Assembly: GCF_963921235.1 (NCBI RefSeq) | Contig: NC_086108.1 | Coordinates: forward strand, 108,626,001-108,690,000 | DNA length: 64,000 nucleotides | Direction of reading: 5' to 3' | Origin: Mobula hypostoma | Taxonomy: Eukaryota | In this document: in pieces, positions 13,357-27,069 of the stretch | Numbering within the stretch: position 1 is the first letter of the stretch | Layout: the number at the start of each line of letters is the position of its first letter | Notes under the pieces: model-generated | What the model saw: only the letters and a program-made list of their open reading frames with translations | What the model was told of the DNA's origin: nothing | Databases searched by the model: none | Program-made: the position numbers and the translations under genes

Positions 13357-13669
13357 GTGTTAACCCCTGCACCGTGAATAATTCAACCCTGCACTCTGTC
13401 ACCTCATGAATCTCTTTCTTAGAACTATTCGCCTTCTCAGGTGTACCTTTGGATCTGCTCTGACTCGTTGCATCATGACCCAGTACAGCAATTCGAATGC
13501 ACAGGTAGGTAAGAAGCCGCAGAGAGTAGTGAACCCCGGTCAGCGCACCACTGGCACGTTCCTCCCCACCACTGGAGGTGCTGCCCCAACAAGGTAATGC
13601 CCATCATCCGAAATCCCAACCATCAGAGCCATGCCACCTTCTCACAGCTACCATCAGGCAGGAGGTTCA

Positions 13670-14190
13670 GAGAATCACACGCAGGTCAGGCAGCGTCTAC
13701 GGAAATGAATGAACAGTCAATGTTTTGGGCCGAGACTCTTCGTCAGAACTGGAAAGGAAGGGGGGAATTGCCAGAGTGAAAAGGTGGGGAGAAGGGTGCG
13801 CGGCTAGCTGGAAGGTGATAGGTGAAGCCTGGTAGGTGGGAAAGGTCGGAGCTCGAGGATAAAGAATCTGATAGGAGTGCCGAGTGGACCATAGGGGAAA
13901 GGGGACATGAAGGGACCCAGGGGGAAGTAATAGGCAGGTGAGAAGAGGTAAAAGGTCAGAGAGAGGAACAGAAGAAGAGGGGAGGGAGAAGGGAAAATTT
14001 GTTTGATGGAAGGAGAAATCAATATTCATGCTGTCAGACTAGAGTCTACCCAGATGGAATACGAGGTGTTGCTCCTCCACCCTGAGAGTGGCCTCATCCT
14101 GGCACAAGAGGAGACTATGGACTGACATGTCGGAACGGGAATGGGAATCTGAACTAAAATGTTTGCTACCGGGAAGTCCCGCTTGTCGCA
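13670..14190 (-). mobile_element. Penelope-like element 3' fragment (GIY-YIG C-terminus plus pseudo-LTR)
   Basis: SHSRSDMSVHSLLLCQDEATLRVEEQHLVFHLGRL; degenerate hammerhead at 13714-13751. Confidence 0.85.
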
Positions 14191-14480
14191 GATGTACAGA
14201 AACCTGGAGTTCCACACCCACCAGGTTCAGGAATGCCTACTTCCCTTCAACCACTCAGCTCTTGAACCAACTCAATCACTACAGTTTAGCAACTCTATGA
14301 CCACTTTGATGTCTGCACTAAAATGGACATTTTTTGTGTGTTGTTCTTGTAAAACTCATGTATAATTTCATGTTTGATTTATGTTTTTTGTGTCAGTGCT
14401 GCTTATCTACTATATGTTGCAATTACCTGTAAGTTTTTCATTAAACCTGTGCAGATGACAATAAACTCAACTTTCACTTA

Positions 14481-15972
14481 TCAAGCAACACACACAAAAT
14501 GCTGGAGGAACCCAGCCGGCCAGGCAGCATCTATGGATAAGAGCACAGTCGACGTTTTGGGCTGAAAGCCTTTGTCAGGACTGGAGGAAAAAGGATGAGG
14601 AGTAGATTTAAAGTGTGGGGGAGGGGAGAGAGATACACAAGGTGAAAGGTCAAACCTGAAGAGAAAGGAATGAAGTAAAGAGCCGGGAAGTTTATTGGTG
14701 AAAGAGATACAAGGCTGGAGAAGGGGGAGTCCGATAGGTGAGGACAGAAGGCCATGGAAGAAAGAAAAGTGGGGAGGAGCACCAGAGGGAGGGGATGGGC
14801 AGGTAAGGAGATAAGGTGAGAGAGGAGAAGGGAATGGGGAATGGTGGAGGAGCGGGCGGGGCAGCCATTACACAAGTTCGAGAAATCGATGTTCATGCCA
14901 TCAGGTTGGAGGCTACCCAGACGGAATATAAGGTGTTGTTCCTGAGTGTGGCCTCATCGTAACAGTAGAGGAGGCCGTGGATTGACATATCGAAATAGGA
15001 ATGGGAAGTGGAATTAAAATGGATGGCCACTGGGAGGTTCCACTTCTTCTGGCAGGCGGAGAGTAATAACTCGGTGAAACGGTCTCTCAATCTATGTACG
15101 TCTTCACCTGTGAGTCTGTTGGGGTCATATACTGTGTCCGGTGCTCCCGGTGCTCCACTGATTTCCTTCCTGGAACTTATCCTTGTAAGTGGAACAAGCA
15201 CTACACCTGTCCCTCCACCTCCTCCCTCACCACCATTCAGGGCCTCAAACAGTCCTTCCAGGTGAGGCGACACTTCACCTGTGAGTCCGTTGGGGTCATG
15301 CAGTGTGTCTGGTGCTCCCGATGTGGCCTCTTGTATATCGGTGAGATCCGCAGAGATTGGGAGACCATTTCGCTGAGCTATTACTCTTCGTCTGCCAGAA
15401 GAAGCAGGATTTCCCAGTGGCCGTCCATTTTAATTCCACTTCCCATTCCTATTTCGGTATGTCTATCCACGGCCTCCTCTACTCTTACGATGAGGCCACA
15501 CTCAGGTTGGAGGAACAACGCCTTATATTCCGTTTGGGTAGCCTCCAGCCTGATGGCATGAACACCAATTTCTCGAACTTCTGTAATGGCTGCCCCGCCC
15601 TCTTCTTCACCATTCCCCATCCCCTTCTCCCTCTCTCACCTTATCTCCTTACCTGCCCATCCCCTCCCTCTGGTGCTCCTCTCCACTTTTCTTTCTTCCA
15701 TGACCTTCTGTCCTCACCTATCGGACTCCCCCCTCTTCAGCCTTGTATCTCTTTCACTAATCAACTTCCCGGCTCCTTACTTTATCCCTTTCTCTTCAGG
15801 TTTCACCTTTCACCTTGTGTTTCTCTCCCCTCCGCCACACGTTAAATCTACTCCTCATCCTTTTTACTCCAGTCCTGCCGAAGAGTTTCAGCCTGAAACG
15901 TCGACTGTGCTCTTATCCATAGATGTTGCCCGGCCAGCTGAGTTCCTCCAGCATTTTGTGTGCGTTGCTTTG
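14481..15972. mobile_element. Penelope-like element with an inverted pseudo-LTR (about 1.5-kb fold-back)
   Basis: 14481-15085 is the reverse complement of about 15355-15972; the + arm encodes GIY-YIG (FTCESVGVMQCVWCSRCGLLYIGE...GDHFAE...FPVAVHFNS). Confidence 0.9.
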
Positions 15973-16107
15973 ACTTACCAATTTTGATTTTGGTGGGGGA
16001 TTAACATAAATGAGTTCTTGATTTCTTCCACTGGAGCCTGTCGCAGACGCTGGTACAGTTATTCGAACAGGAGTCTCAGGGCTGGGTTAACTCCGAGATT
16101 CTGGATT

Positions 16108-16350
16108 TAGAGATATAGCACGGGAACAGGCCCTCCTGCCCAGCAACCTGTGCTGCCCAGTTACACCCATGTGACTAATGAACCTACTAAGCTGTATGTT
16201 TTTGGAATATGGGATGAGACTGGAGCATCGAGAGGAAACGCAGTCACAGGGAGAACATACAGACTCCTTGCAGACACTGGCAGGAATTGAACACTGATTG
16301 CTGGCACTACAACGGTGCTGTGCTGGCCTCTAAGCTACCGTGCCACCGCT
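16108..16350 (-). mobile_element. V-SINE (HE1-like)
   Basis: Same V-domain and tRNA-like head as 12588-12885. Confidence 0.7.
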
Positions 16351-16744
16351 TACACTTGTACATCGAGCAGGAACATAGAAACGGTCAGGAAGGAAACAGG
16401 CCATCTGGCCCAACCTGCCCGTGCTGATCAAGGTACTGATCTGATCTAGTCCCGTTTGGCCCATCTCTCTCCAAACCTTTCCTGTTCGCGTATCTCACCA
16501 AGTGTCTTCTCAATATTGTAGCTGTACCCGGCTCTACCACCTCTGGCTGTTTGTTTCTGTCAGGGCCCGTGATCTGCAGTTCAAACTATGGTTCTCTGCA
16601 AGCAAAGGGTTTTCACACTGGCTTAACGTTTCTCCAGATGCGGCACAGAAGGTGTGCGCCGTCGGGGGGGGGGGCGCGGTGCCCTGGATGACCTGATTCC
16701 TTATCGATTTCAGCAACTGAAGCATCGGGGAGACTGAAACATTG

Positions 16745-16816
16745 AGACAGCAGGCGGAGTGTGCTGCTACCAGAAGATGGTCCCATGTGTTCGAGCGTGT
16801 CTCTCTCTCTCTCTCT

Positions 16817-16847
<31 letters not shown>

Positions 16848-17295
16848 GCTTGTCCTTGATCTGGGAGGCTTGGAGAAGCGACACTGAAGATTTTTACATC
16901 CCAACAGCCAGCTGCGAGTCGTCTGTCCCCGTTGTTGCAGCAGTGACTTCCCTCTCTACCTCGCCAGTGAGAGAGAACCTGTCTCAGACATCGAAGTGCT
17001 GGGCTTTGGACTATAGTTCTGAGGGACTCTAGATCAAGGTCTCTTTGGGGCCTTTTGCTAATGTTTCCACGGTGGGGGTGTGGTGTTTCTGCTGGAGCAA
17101 GTGGGGGGGAGGGGTGAGGGGAGGGTCGATGCTTCAGCTACTGGTTGTGCATGGGAGTGGGGAGGGGGGCTTTGGGGTTCTGGTTTTACTATCGTTCATT
17201 CTTTGAGGTTTCTTGTTACATGCAGGTCTCTGTGAAGAGTAAGAATTGCAGGATTTATACTGCATACATTTTCTGATGTTAAGTTGAACCTCTGA
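16745..17295 (+). repeat. Unclassified repeat, inverse partial copy of the 22070/62103 family, with an internal (TC)n/(TCACTC)n tract
   Basis: 17030-17295 is reverse-complementary to 22070-22350 and 62115-62390; microsatellite at 16798-16846. Confidence 0.65.
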
Positions 17296-17869
17296 ACCAT
17301 TTCTACCATACATCCACGACCCTCTCTGTGACAAACCTGTTCCTCTGCTCCCCTTTAAATCTTTTCCCTCTCACTTTTAACCTGTGCCCTCCAGTTTTAG
17401 ACACAAGGGCTTCTGTAGGTGCTGGAAATCTTGAGTCCAGTCCTGATGAAAGGTCTCATCCTGAAACATCAACTAATTATTTGCTTCCATAGACGCTGCC
17501 CTGACCTCCAACAATTTGTGTATGTCACCCTAGCTTTAGGCTCCCTGCCCTGAGAAAACAACTATGAATCTCCTCCCGATTCTTCACCCCTCATGATATA
17601 AACTTCTGTAAGCACCCCCCTAACCCAAGCCCTCCAGTCCCAGCAACATTCTCATGAATCTATTGCACACCCTCACATTCTCACTGATTTTTCTACTCTT
17701 ATCTTAAACCTGTGCCCTCCACTTTTAGACTGCCCTACCCTAGGGAAAAAGCTGTAGCTCTCTACCTTATCCATATTCTTCATGACTTTATAAACTACAA
17801 GGTCTCCCTCTGTCTCCTCTGCTCCATGGGAAATCAATCCTACCCTATCCAGCCCTCCAGCCTGGGAAT

Positions 17870-19010
17870 CATAGACACAGACAGCACTGCAGAGCAGAAA
17901 CAGGCCATCTACTCTGTGCTGAATTATTATTCTACCTAGTTCCATCGAACTGCACTCAGATATCCATACCCATCTCATCCATGTACTTATTCTAACTTCC
18001 TTTAAATGTTGCAATTGAACCTGTCTACCACTGGCAGTTCATTCGACATTTGCATCACCCAATGAGTAAAGAAGATCCCCCTCACGTTCCCATTAAAGGT
18101 TTCACCTTTTACTCTTTGCCTAAGACCCCTAGTCCAGTTTCACCCTACCTTATTGGAAAAAGTCTTCTTGCAAGTACACTACCTATACCCCTCATAATTG
18201 TGCATACCTCTATCAAATCTCCCCTCAATCTCCTACGCTCCAGGGAATAAAGACCTAACCTATTCAAACTTTCGCTACAACTCAGATTCTCAAATCCCAG
18301 CAACAGCCCTGTAGATATTATCTGCACTCTTTCAATCTTATTGATATTGTTCCTCTAGGTAGATGACAAGAACTGCAGACAATACTCCAACTTAGGCCTC
18401 ACCAACATCCTATGCAAATTCAACATAACATCCACCTCCTGGACTCAATACTCCGACTTATGAAGGCCATGTGCCTAAAGGTTTCTTTACTGTCCTATCT
18501 ATCTGTGACATGATTTCCAATGGATTATGGATCTGTATTTTCAGAACCTCTATTCTACTACGCTCCTCAGTGCCCTAACTTGCACCATGTAAGACCTACC
18601 CTGGTTTGTTGTCCAAGGGGCACCACCTCACACTTGTCTGCATTTAATTCCATCTGCCATTTTTCAGCCCATTTTTCTGACTGATCCAGAACCTGTTGCC
18701 AGCTTTGATACTCTTCCTCACTGTCCAAAGCACCATCAATCTTGGTGTCATCTGCAAATTTGCTGATCCAGTTAACCATAGTATCATCCAGATCTTTGAT
18801 ATAGATGACAAACAACAACAGACCCAACACCGATCCCTGTGGCACTCCACTAGTCACAGGGCCTCCTGTCAGAGAGGCAACCATCTGCTACTGCTCGCTG
18901 GCTTCTCCTGAACTCAGTATTTTGATTTGTGAAGGACAATGTGCCAAAAGCTCTCTTTACAACCTCATAAATCTTTGCTGTACCTCTGACATAGATAGTG
19001 CCAAGCCTGG
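17870..19010 (-). mobile_element. CR1 LINE, RT and 3' end
   Basis: ORF 18567-18884(-) VTSGVPQGSVLGLLLFVIYIKDLD...KFADDTKI; ORF 18145-18327(-) RLGLYSLERRRLRGDLIEV. Confidence 0.92.
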
Positions 19011-19029
19011 CTGTGAAAGGAAGAAGGTT

Positions 19030-19390
19030 GGGCATGGACCAGCAACACCATCTCATAAAAACCCAGAGCTACAGAAATGCCAACAGAAGCTCCAAAGACC
19101 TCATCCCTGGGAGAGGAAGGACCTTCACTTAGAAGTCGTATGAAACCATGTACTCGAAGGTGCAAGTCCACGGAAGCCACGGGACCTATCAACCTATTAT
19201 CATCCCGTCAGGGAAAGCAGAAGGGAGACCATCCAAAATCACCTGGCAACACGACCTAGAAGCTGACACCAAGAAGATGGGTGACACCTGGGGACAACTT
19301 GAAAGACTGGTCTGGGACAGAGGACTCTGCCAAGTTGCTGTCAGAGACCTATGCCCCAGTAGCGGTGATGGGCTTAAAAAACTAACTAAC
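19030..19390 (+). mobile_element. RTE-clade LINE 3' fragment
   Basis: GRPSKITWQHDLEADTKKMGDTWGQLERLVWDRGLCQVAVRDLCPS resembles the RTE ORF C-terminus; short (ACTA)n tail. Confidence 0.7.
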
Positions 19391-20303
19391 TGTGAGTTAA
19401 CACTCGGTGAATCAATGCCGCAGAGTACTGCGCTTTAAAACATCCCCTTATTGCCCTATGGAAGACATACAACTTTTTTAACTGTTCATCTCATATGTCA
19501 AACACCAGCAGGCTACACATTGATGTTACAGGCTACAGTTTAAAGAAAACCTCCACTTGTTCCAGCCTTCAAAGGTCTTCAAATGATCAACTGCATGGTC
19601 CCCTAGTGCGAGGCATTTAGCTCAGAAATTAACAATTAAGATGAGCTCTAAAGTTCACAAGGTTGGCCATTTCAGATGCTTTTCCTTGGACACTTCTCAG
19701 AATTAGAATCTGGTTTATTATTTACTGATATGTCATGAAACATGTTGCTTTTGTGACAGCAGTACAGTGCCAGATATAAGACAAAAATGCCTTAAAATAA
19801 AAATTAAAATAAATAAATAGAATGGTAAAAGAGGAATAATGAGATAGTCTCCCATCCACTGCCACCTAACTCGTAACTTCCCTTACCCCGCACTGCTTGC
19901 TTCTACCTCCTATCCAAGATCCACAAACCTGACTGTTCGGGTAGGCCTATTGTCTCTGCCTGCTTCTGTCCTACTGAAGCCCTGTCCTCATAATTTGACT
20001 CTATTGTATTCCCCATGGTTCAGTCCCATCCCAGCTACATCCACAATACTTCTCATACCTCCTCACTAATTTTCAATTCCCTGGCCCCGACTGCCTCATT
20101 TTCATCGGGCATGTCCAGTCCCTCTGCACGTCTACACACAGCTTTCCCAACAAAAGTTCCCAACATTTCCCCTCCACCACCACCCTCCTCCATATGGCAG
20201 GCTGGTCCTCACCCTCAACAATTTCTCCTTCCGATCCTCCCATTTTCTGCAGACGCGAGCGGTACCGGGGGCACCTGCATGGGCCCCAGCTATGCCTGCC
20301 TTT

Positions 20304-20799
20304 TGTGAGGATCACTAGTGAACTCAAGTGCAGGAATCACAGAGACTTTGGCAATTCAAACAGAACTATAGGTTTATTACTTAACTTACCTAGAAAAACT
20401 AACAACTCAGGCAAACTAAGTGGAACCTTGACACACAGAGATCACTGACAATACATGAAGAACTCGGTCTAAGAGGAACCACAACGACCCAACAAAGAGA
20501 GGTTGGCATGCCCCCCTGAAATACACTTTGGAGCACGTTGGAATTCAATGTCAATGTCATTACCATGCTCATTAAATTATCCCAGATTGAATAAAATTGA
20601 TAAGAACAAAGAGTTTAACAATCCCCATGATCCCCAATGAGACACCTACAAAACAAAGTGAAAACCCAGATCAAGTACAAAGACAAGCAATTAGACACAA
20701 AAATTCCAAGGAGGATGCAGACCCAGGCAGTGACATTGAGAAAATACAGTCCACGTACTAACTGACAAAAAAACTTAAAAACAATCATTGTTTGTGATA
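20304..20799 (-). mobile_element. Solo LTR (probably Gypsy-type), 496 bp, inserted in the Penelope RT
   Basis: Starts TGTG and ends GATA (CA apparently mutated to TA); 5-bp TSD CCTTT at 20299-303 and 20800-04; the host RT sequence resumes after it. Confidence 0.7.
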
Positions 20800-21307
20800 C
20801 CTTTTCATTGGCTATGTAGAACAGTACACATCCCAAGCCTTCCCTGATAATGCTCCTTGTCACTTCCTGCACTACCTTGGCAACTACATTGATGCTACTT
20901 CATATGCCTATGTTGAGCTTGTCAATTTCATTAGCTTCCACCCCGCCCTTAAATTGAAATGGAATATTTCTGACAGCTTGCTCTCCTCTCTCAATCTCTC
21001 TGTCTCCACGGCTGGAGATAAACTGTTGACCGCCATCTTTTATAAACCTACTAATTCCCTTGGCTATCTTGACAATGCCTTTTCCTACCCTGTCTTCTGT
21101 AGAAAAGCTATTATCTTTTCTCAGTTCCATTGTCTTTGCACATTGGTTTCCAGGATGAGGCTTTCCTTTGCAGGACATCAGAGATGTCCTCCTTCTTCAG
21201 AGAACATGGCTTCCCTTCCTCCATCATTGACGCTACCCTTACTTGTCCCTCTAACATTTCCCAAACATCCGTACTCATCCATCTTCCCACCACCTTAACA
21301 GTGATAG

Positions 21308-21681
21308 CAGCACACACAAAAACTGCTGATGAATGCAGCAGGCCAGGCAGTATCTCTAGGAAGAGGTACAGTCGATGTTTCGGGCAGAGACCCTTCGTCA
21401 GAACTAACTGAAAGAAGAGCTAGTAAGAGATTTGAAAGTGGGAGGGGGAGGGGGAGATCCAAAATGATAGGAGAAGACAGGAGGGGGAGGGATGGAGCCA
21501 AGAGCTGGACAGTTGATTGGCAAAAGGGATACGAGGCTAGAGAAGGGAGATGATCATGGGACCAGAGGCCTAGGGAGAGAGAAAGGGGGAGGGAAGCCCA
21601 GAGGATGGGTAAGGAGTATAGTGAGAGGGACAGAGGGATGAGAGAGAGAGAGAGAGAGAGATAGAGAGAGAGGGAGACGGG

Positions 21682-21717
<36 letters not shown>

Positions 21718-21930
21718 TAAATAAATAGATAGATAGATAGATAAATAAATAAGAGATGGGGTACGAAGGGGAGGTGGGGCCTTAGCGGAAGTTAGAGAAG
21801 TCGATGTTCATGCCAATAGGTTGGAGGCTACCCAGACAGAATATAAGGTGTTATTCCTCCAACCTGAGTGTGGCTTCATCTTGACAGTAGAGGAGGCCGT
21901 GGATAGACAGATCAGAATGGGATTGGGATA
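21308..21930 (-). mobile_element. Young Penelope-like 3' end (pseudo-LTR) with expanded (GA)n/(ATAG)n
   Basis: Closely similar to 49486-49946 and 53456-54060; hammerhead at 21369-21406. Confidence 0.9.
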
Positions 21931-22069
21931 GAGTGCCTCTTGTCCTTACCTACCAGACCATGAGCCTCCACACCCAACACATCATTCTCTGCAACGTCTG
22001 CTATCTCCAAAGGGACCCTACCACCAAACACAACTTTACCTCCCCCTCCTGTCTGCACTTCAATAGGTT

Positions 22070-22870
22070 TCAACAGGTATATTTAATGTCAGAGTAATGT
22101 AGATAATATACATACCAAAATTCTTTTTCTTCATAAACATCCATGAAAGTAGAGGAGTGCCCCAAAGAATGAATGACAGTTAAATGTTAGAACCACAAAG
22201 CCCCACCCCAGCTCCCCACTCCCATGCATAAGCAGCAGAAAAGCAACAACCCCCCTCCCCCACCAGCAAAAAAGCATCAGCGCCCCCACTGAGCACTCAA
22301 GCGTGCAGCAAAGCATCAATAAAGACACAGACTTGCAGTACCTCAAAGACTACTCGTTCACCTGGTAGTTCGACATACCGCAGGCTCTCTCTCTCTCTCT
22401 CTCTCTCTCTCCCCCTAATAAGGGGAAAAGAGATGTCCCGTTTCACAGCGAGAGGGGAATCATTACAAAACAGCCTATCAATTTATGGTGTCAAAAGCCT
22501 GTTGTGTCGCTTTTTCCGAGCTCTGTGCCCAAAGAACTCAGGTCTCTGGGCACACAGCCAGCTGCCAGGTCGCTGCTTACAATCTTCCAGTTCCCTCGAC
22601 ACACCAGACGGTGGCACCGCCCTCGAGTCCGCCCGCCTCCAGAGCCATGAAAATCTGAAGGCACGCTAGTCTTCCAGGCCGCGTCCTTGGCATAGCGAAA
22701 AGTGGCTGGTTGTGAGACCCCGAAAGCGGGTCCCATTTCCTCAATGAACCAAAGTCAGGGTGTAACTCCAGGTCAGGGACCTCAAAAGAACCCTGAAAAG
22801 GGAAAGAAGAGATATTAAAGATAGAAATAAAGCCGTTTCTGAAGATGTAAGCAAAGGAGTCACCAGTGAG
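22070..22870 (-). repeat. Unclassified repeat of about 800 bp; second copy at 62103-62985
   Basis: Colinear similarity between the two loci; short tandem tail at the left end; inserted in the Penelope ORF. Confidence 0.75.
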
Positions 22871-23354
22871 GCACCATCATCTTAAGCTCTGCCCTCCAAA
22901 TTCTAGCCACTTTTTGCAGGGATTGTCCCTTCATGATTCCCTTGTCCAGTCATTCCTTCCCACTAATCTCCCTCTCAACATTTATCCCTGCAAGTGGCCA
23001 AAGTGCTACACCTGTCCATTCACCTCCTGTCTCACCTTCATTCAGGGCCCCTAACAGTCCTTCAAGGTGAGGCTGCCACATGATTGGCTGATTTGATATT
23101 TGCATTAACGAGCAAGTGTACAGGTGTAAGGTGTACCTAATAAAATGGCCATTGAGTGTAAGTGACTGAGAGAGAGAGAGAGAAAGAGAAAGTGTGTAAA
23201 AGAGAAAGGAAGTTAAAAATGAATGTCAGAAAGAAAACTTAAAAGAGGATAAGGAATCGAGAAAGAATGAATAGAAGAGAAAAAGGGAGAGGAAAATGAA
23301 GACAGAAAGTAAAGAAAATGTACCAGTAGTGAGTTATGGTACGGCTCCAAGGAT

Positions 23355-23700
23355 TGTCATTTTGTCCTGATGGAGAAGCTTGTGAGCTTCTAAGATCCTG
23401 GGAGCAACAGGGTCTGGAGCTTAGCTCCTAGTGGGGTCACCCATTGCACTAAAGTCAAGAGGGAGGTTTCAGACAAGGAATGATCCAACCAAGACACCAA
23501 GATGGAGTTAGCGGAAGGTAATGACACATCGCAATGTCAGTGAAGGCGGAGGAAGTTTGCAGCAGTGAAGGGTTGCCAGTCGTCAAGGAGACCCCAATCT
23601 ATCAACGACTGTGTGATGGCTGTCCGTGCAGCAGTCTCCCCAATGTTAAACAAAGTCAATCTCCATTAACGGAATCCACTCTCACATCCCGGAGTTCAAT
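23355..23700 (+). mobile_element. RTE (Rex3/Expander-like) 5'UTR-derived fragment
   Basis: GATCCTGGGAGC...GGAGCTTAGCTCCTAGTGGGGTCACCCA...CAGACAAGGAATGATCCAA resembles fish RTE 5'UTRs as I recall them. Confidence 0.5.
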
Positions 23701-24009
23701 GAATCTCTGATTGACCTCTACAGCCACCAGAGAACTCACCAATAGACAACCCTTGAGGAGAACATCATACTCGACTTGTGTGCTCACACTGCTGCAATGG
23801 TACAGCTGCACAGGCAAGCAGAATGTGGACATTACTGAAGATGTATGAACAGAATTAATTCAGATGAAGGAGACTGATGAATTATGAATTGGGTTCATTT
23901 AGGTAATGAACCCCAGCATGGATAATATGGCTGATGAGAACAGAAAGTCAGGAGCAACACACCAGAAATGTTAAATTGAGTTTTGTTCCCAAACATCGCA
24001 TGTCAGGTT

Positions 24010-24650
24010 CAAGTTTAAGTTCAGTTTATTGTCATTCAACTGTACACATCTCTAGCAGCAAACAAAACAATGTTCCTTTAGATTGTGCACAGCACAGTAC
24101 ATGTAATATACACACATAACACATAAAGGAATACTACCACAAGTAAATTAACAAATAATAAGATGTATTAATGACAGACACTAAAAAGTAAACAGTATAA
24201 CACTGCTGGTGCTTCATACGTGATGAGACCTGTGTGGTGGCAGGGAGTTCAGTAACCTTACAGTCTGTTTCCCATCCTAATAGTTCTTGCCCTAATGCTG
24301 CGGCACTTCCTGCCGGGTGGTAGGGGTCAAAGAGATTGTTGGACTGATGGGAGGAATCATTGACAATGCTAAGGGCCCTGTGTATGTAAAGCACATGAAA
24401 AATATGGGTGAAAGAGAGACCCTGATAATCCTCTCAACAGATCCTGCAATCCTTTGTAGGCACATGTGGTCAGATACCCTGCAATTCCTGTAACAGACAG
24501 TAATGCAGCTAGTTAGGACACTGTCGATGGTGCCCCTGTAAAAATTGGTTAGAATGAGAGGGAGGATCTCACTTGCCTCTATCTCCTCAGAAATTGGAGA
24601 TGCTGTGCTTTCTTGACTAAGGAGGTGGTGTTGAGGGACCAGGTGAGTTC
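24010..24650 (-). mobile_element. Rex1/Babar LINE 3' fragment
   Basis: RALSIVNDSSHQSNNLFDP motif and a 3'UTR with a (TTGAAC)-type tail. Confidence 0.7.
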
Positions 24651-25469
24651 GAAGGTGTTATCAAAACAGAACTGAGAGGCAGAGTGAGAGTGAGCGAGCA
24701 TGTCTGCTCTCAGAGCAGAACCACACAATACTGATCACAGTGAGGAAAAGCGTGCGTAATAACCCTATGAGCCGATTCAACCAGACAGTAGAGAAAATCT
24801 TCGAATCATCAAATTGGGATGATTGCAGAGAGGAATATTAAAATAATCATTCAACTTGCTACTGATTGCATTCGAGTGTGACAGCTTCTTCAATGCCCGG
24901 GCAGCGCTCTCTGGGCTGTTCCCTTTCTCCTCAGCTCCAACACTCCCATTCAGTGCGCTCTCCTTCAACAATCTCAATACATTTTCTGAGGGTTCACCAT
25001 TTCTCTGGGATGGTTTGGGCCTCATGGTCATTTCCTTGACCATCTCATTGGGCTTCTATCAACTAAAGGCAAAGTTCAGGTTCCTTGGAGTGAACATCAC
25101 TATGCTGGTCCAACCAGGTAGACACCGTGATAAAGAAAACTCCACAATATCCCTGCTTCCTCGAGATGCTTTGACATATTCCATTTGACCCTCACCAATT
25201 CTTACAGATGCACCACAGAAAGCATCACATCCGAACACATCACTGTTTGGTATGGCAACTGGTCTGCTCAAGACCACAAGGAACTGCAGATCGTTGTATA
25301 AAGCTCTCCACACATCAGAGACCAGCCTCTGCTCCAGTGACTCTGTGGAGTAAAGCAGCCAGCACCTTCCAGATAGTCCACTTTATGGGCGTAGATATTC
25401 TCATTGCCATTTCTGTGATTCCTTTGTTTATTTGTGTATGGGGGTGAGGTGTGGGGGGGCGGGTTTAAG

Positions 25470-25830
25470 GCCATAAGCTATAGGAACAGAAGTAGGTCAT
25501 TCGGCCCATCGAGTCTGTTCCACCATTCAATCATAGGCTGATCCAATTCTTCCAGTCATCCACACTCCCCTGCTTTCACCCCATACCCTTTGATGCCCTG
25601 GCTAATCAAGAACCTATCTATTCCTGCCTTAAATACACCCAATGACTTGGCCTCCTCAGCTGCTCACGGCAACAAATTCCACAGATTTACCACCCTCTGA
25701 CTAAAGTAACGTCTCCGCATCTCAGTTCTAAAAGGACCTTCTTCAATCCTGAAGTTGTGCCCTCTTGTCCTAGAATCCCCTACCACGAGAAATAACCTTG
25801 CCATATCTAATCTGTTCTGGCCTTTTAACA
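25470..25830 (-). mobile_element. CR1 3' end
   Basis: Same family as 1605-2214, 37940-38555 and 46930-47290. Confidence 0.8.
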
Positions 25831-27069
25831 TTCGGGATGTTTAGGGTTTGATGTTCTTGTTGTCATTTGCATGATTTTTTTGCATGTGGGGGGAGGGTTG
25901 ATGTTTTCCTTTGAATGACTTCCATGGTTTTCTTTGTTTCGTGGCTGTCTGAAGAACACGAACCTCAGGGTTGAATACTGTACTGCATACATACGTGGAT
26001 GATTATCTTTCCCACCATGGGCATCCTCTCTGCTCCCATCTCTCAATGGGCGGATGATACAAAAGCTTGGAAGTATGTACCACCAGGCTCAAGGACAGCT
26101 TCTACCCCGCTGTCAACTAACTCTTGATTGGATCTCATTTGGTAAAATGGACACTTGACCTCACAATCAATGTTGTTATAATATTGCACTTCATCATTTA
26201 CCTACACTGCACATTTCCTGTAGCTTTTACACTTTGCATTGTTACTGTTTTACCTTATTCTGGCTCGATGGGTTTTACAGAGCTGTATATCTCAAGGACT
26301 AATTCTGTGCATCGCTAACCAGTCAGTACAAGAGTCATAGATATGGAAGGATGCGATTGATAGAATCGAATACAGCAGAACCAGGTGTTCGTTGGATCAC
26401 TCGTGTTGAGGTGCTGAGACTTGCCAAAGGGAGAAATGCGTTTATCTTAATTCCATGAATTGTTCATAAAGGTTACCACAAGAGTGGCATTACAGTGACA
26501 GATCTGTCAGTACCAACAATACAATATACCACAGGAGAGCGGGGAAAATCAAATATTCATTTAGCTACAAGTGCTGGGGTGATTAGTTTTCTCTGTATCA
26601 GTATTGCTCTCCACCTTCAAAGGTACAGGTGTAACCACTTTTCAAACAAGTTAAAAAGGAATGCTTCGGTAAGAAGTACAGGCCTATCCTAAAATGGGAA
26701 CTCAGTTGTTTGAACATGAATGCAGAACTGAAGCCTTTCACTATGACATGAAAAGAGGCAAAACTCTTCACAGTACCGGGAGGTCAGAGATGTCAGAACA
26801 TTTCAGCTGTTTGAAATGGGACAAACTCAAAAGCTAAGAGAAAGGATAGGGCATTGGAATATGCTAAGAAGTGCAGGGATTGCTGTCCTCTATGACTGAG
26901 AGGATGTTTTCAATCATGAGAGACACTAGGACCAGAGGGTAAAGCCTCAGAATTCAAAGACGTCCCTTGAGAACAGAGATGAGGAGGAATTTGTTTAGAC
27001 AGAGGGTGCTGAACCTGTGGGGTTCATTGCCACGTGGCTGTAGAGGCGAAGTCATTAGGTACATTTAGA

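Larger units (their letters stand above)
19845..23075 (+). pseudogene. Penelope-like (Neptune-type) RT to GIY-YIG ORF, decayed and split by three insertions
   Basis: PRTACFYLLSKIHKPDCSGRPIVSAC (about 19885-19965), GTCMGPSYACL (about 20270-20303), IFYKPTNSLGYLD (about 21035), YPCKWPKCYTCPF (about 22983). Confidence 0.85.
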
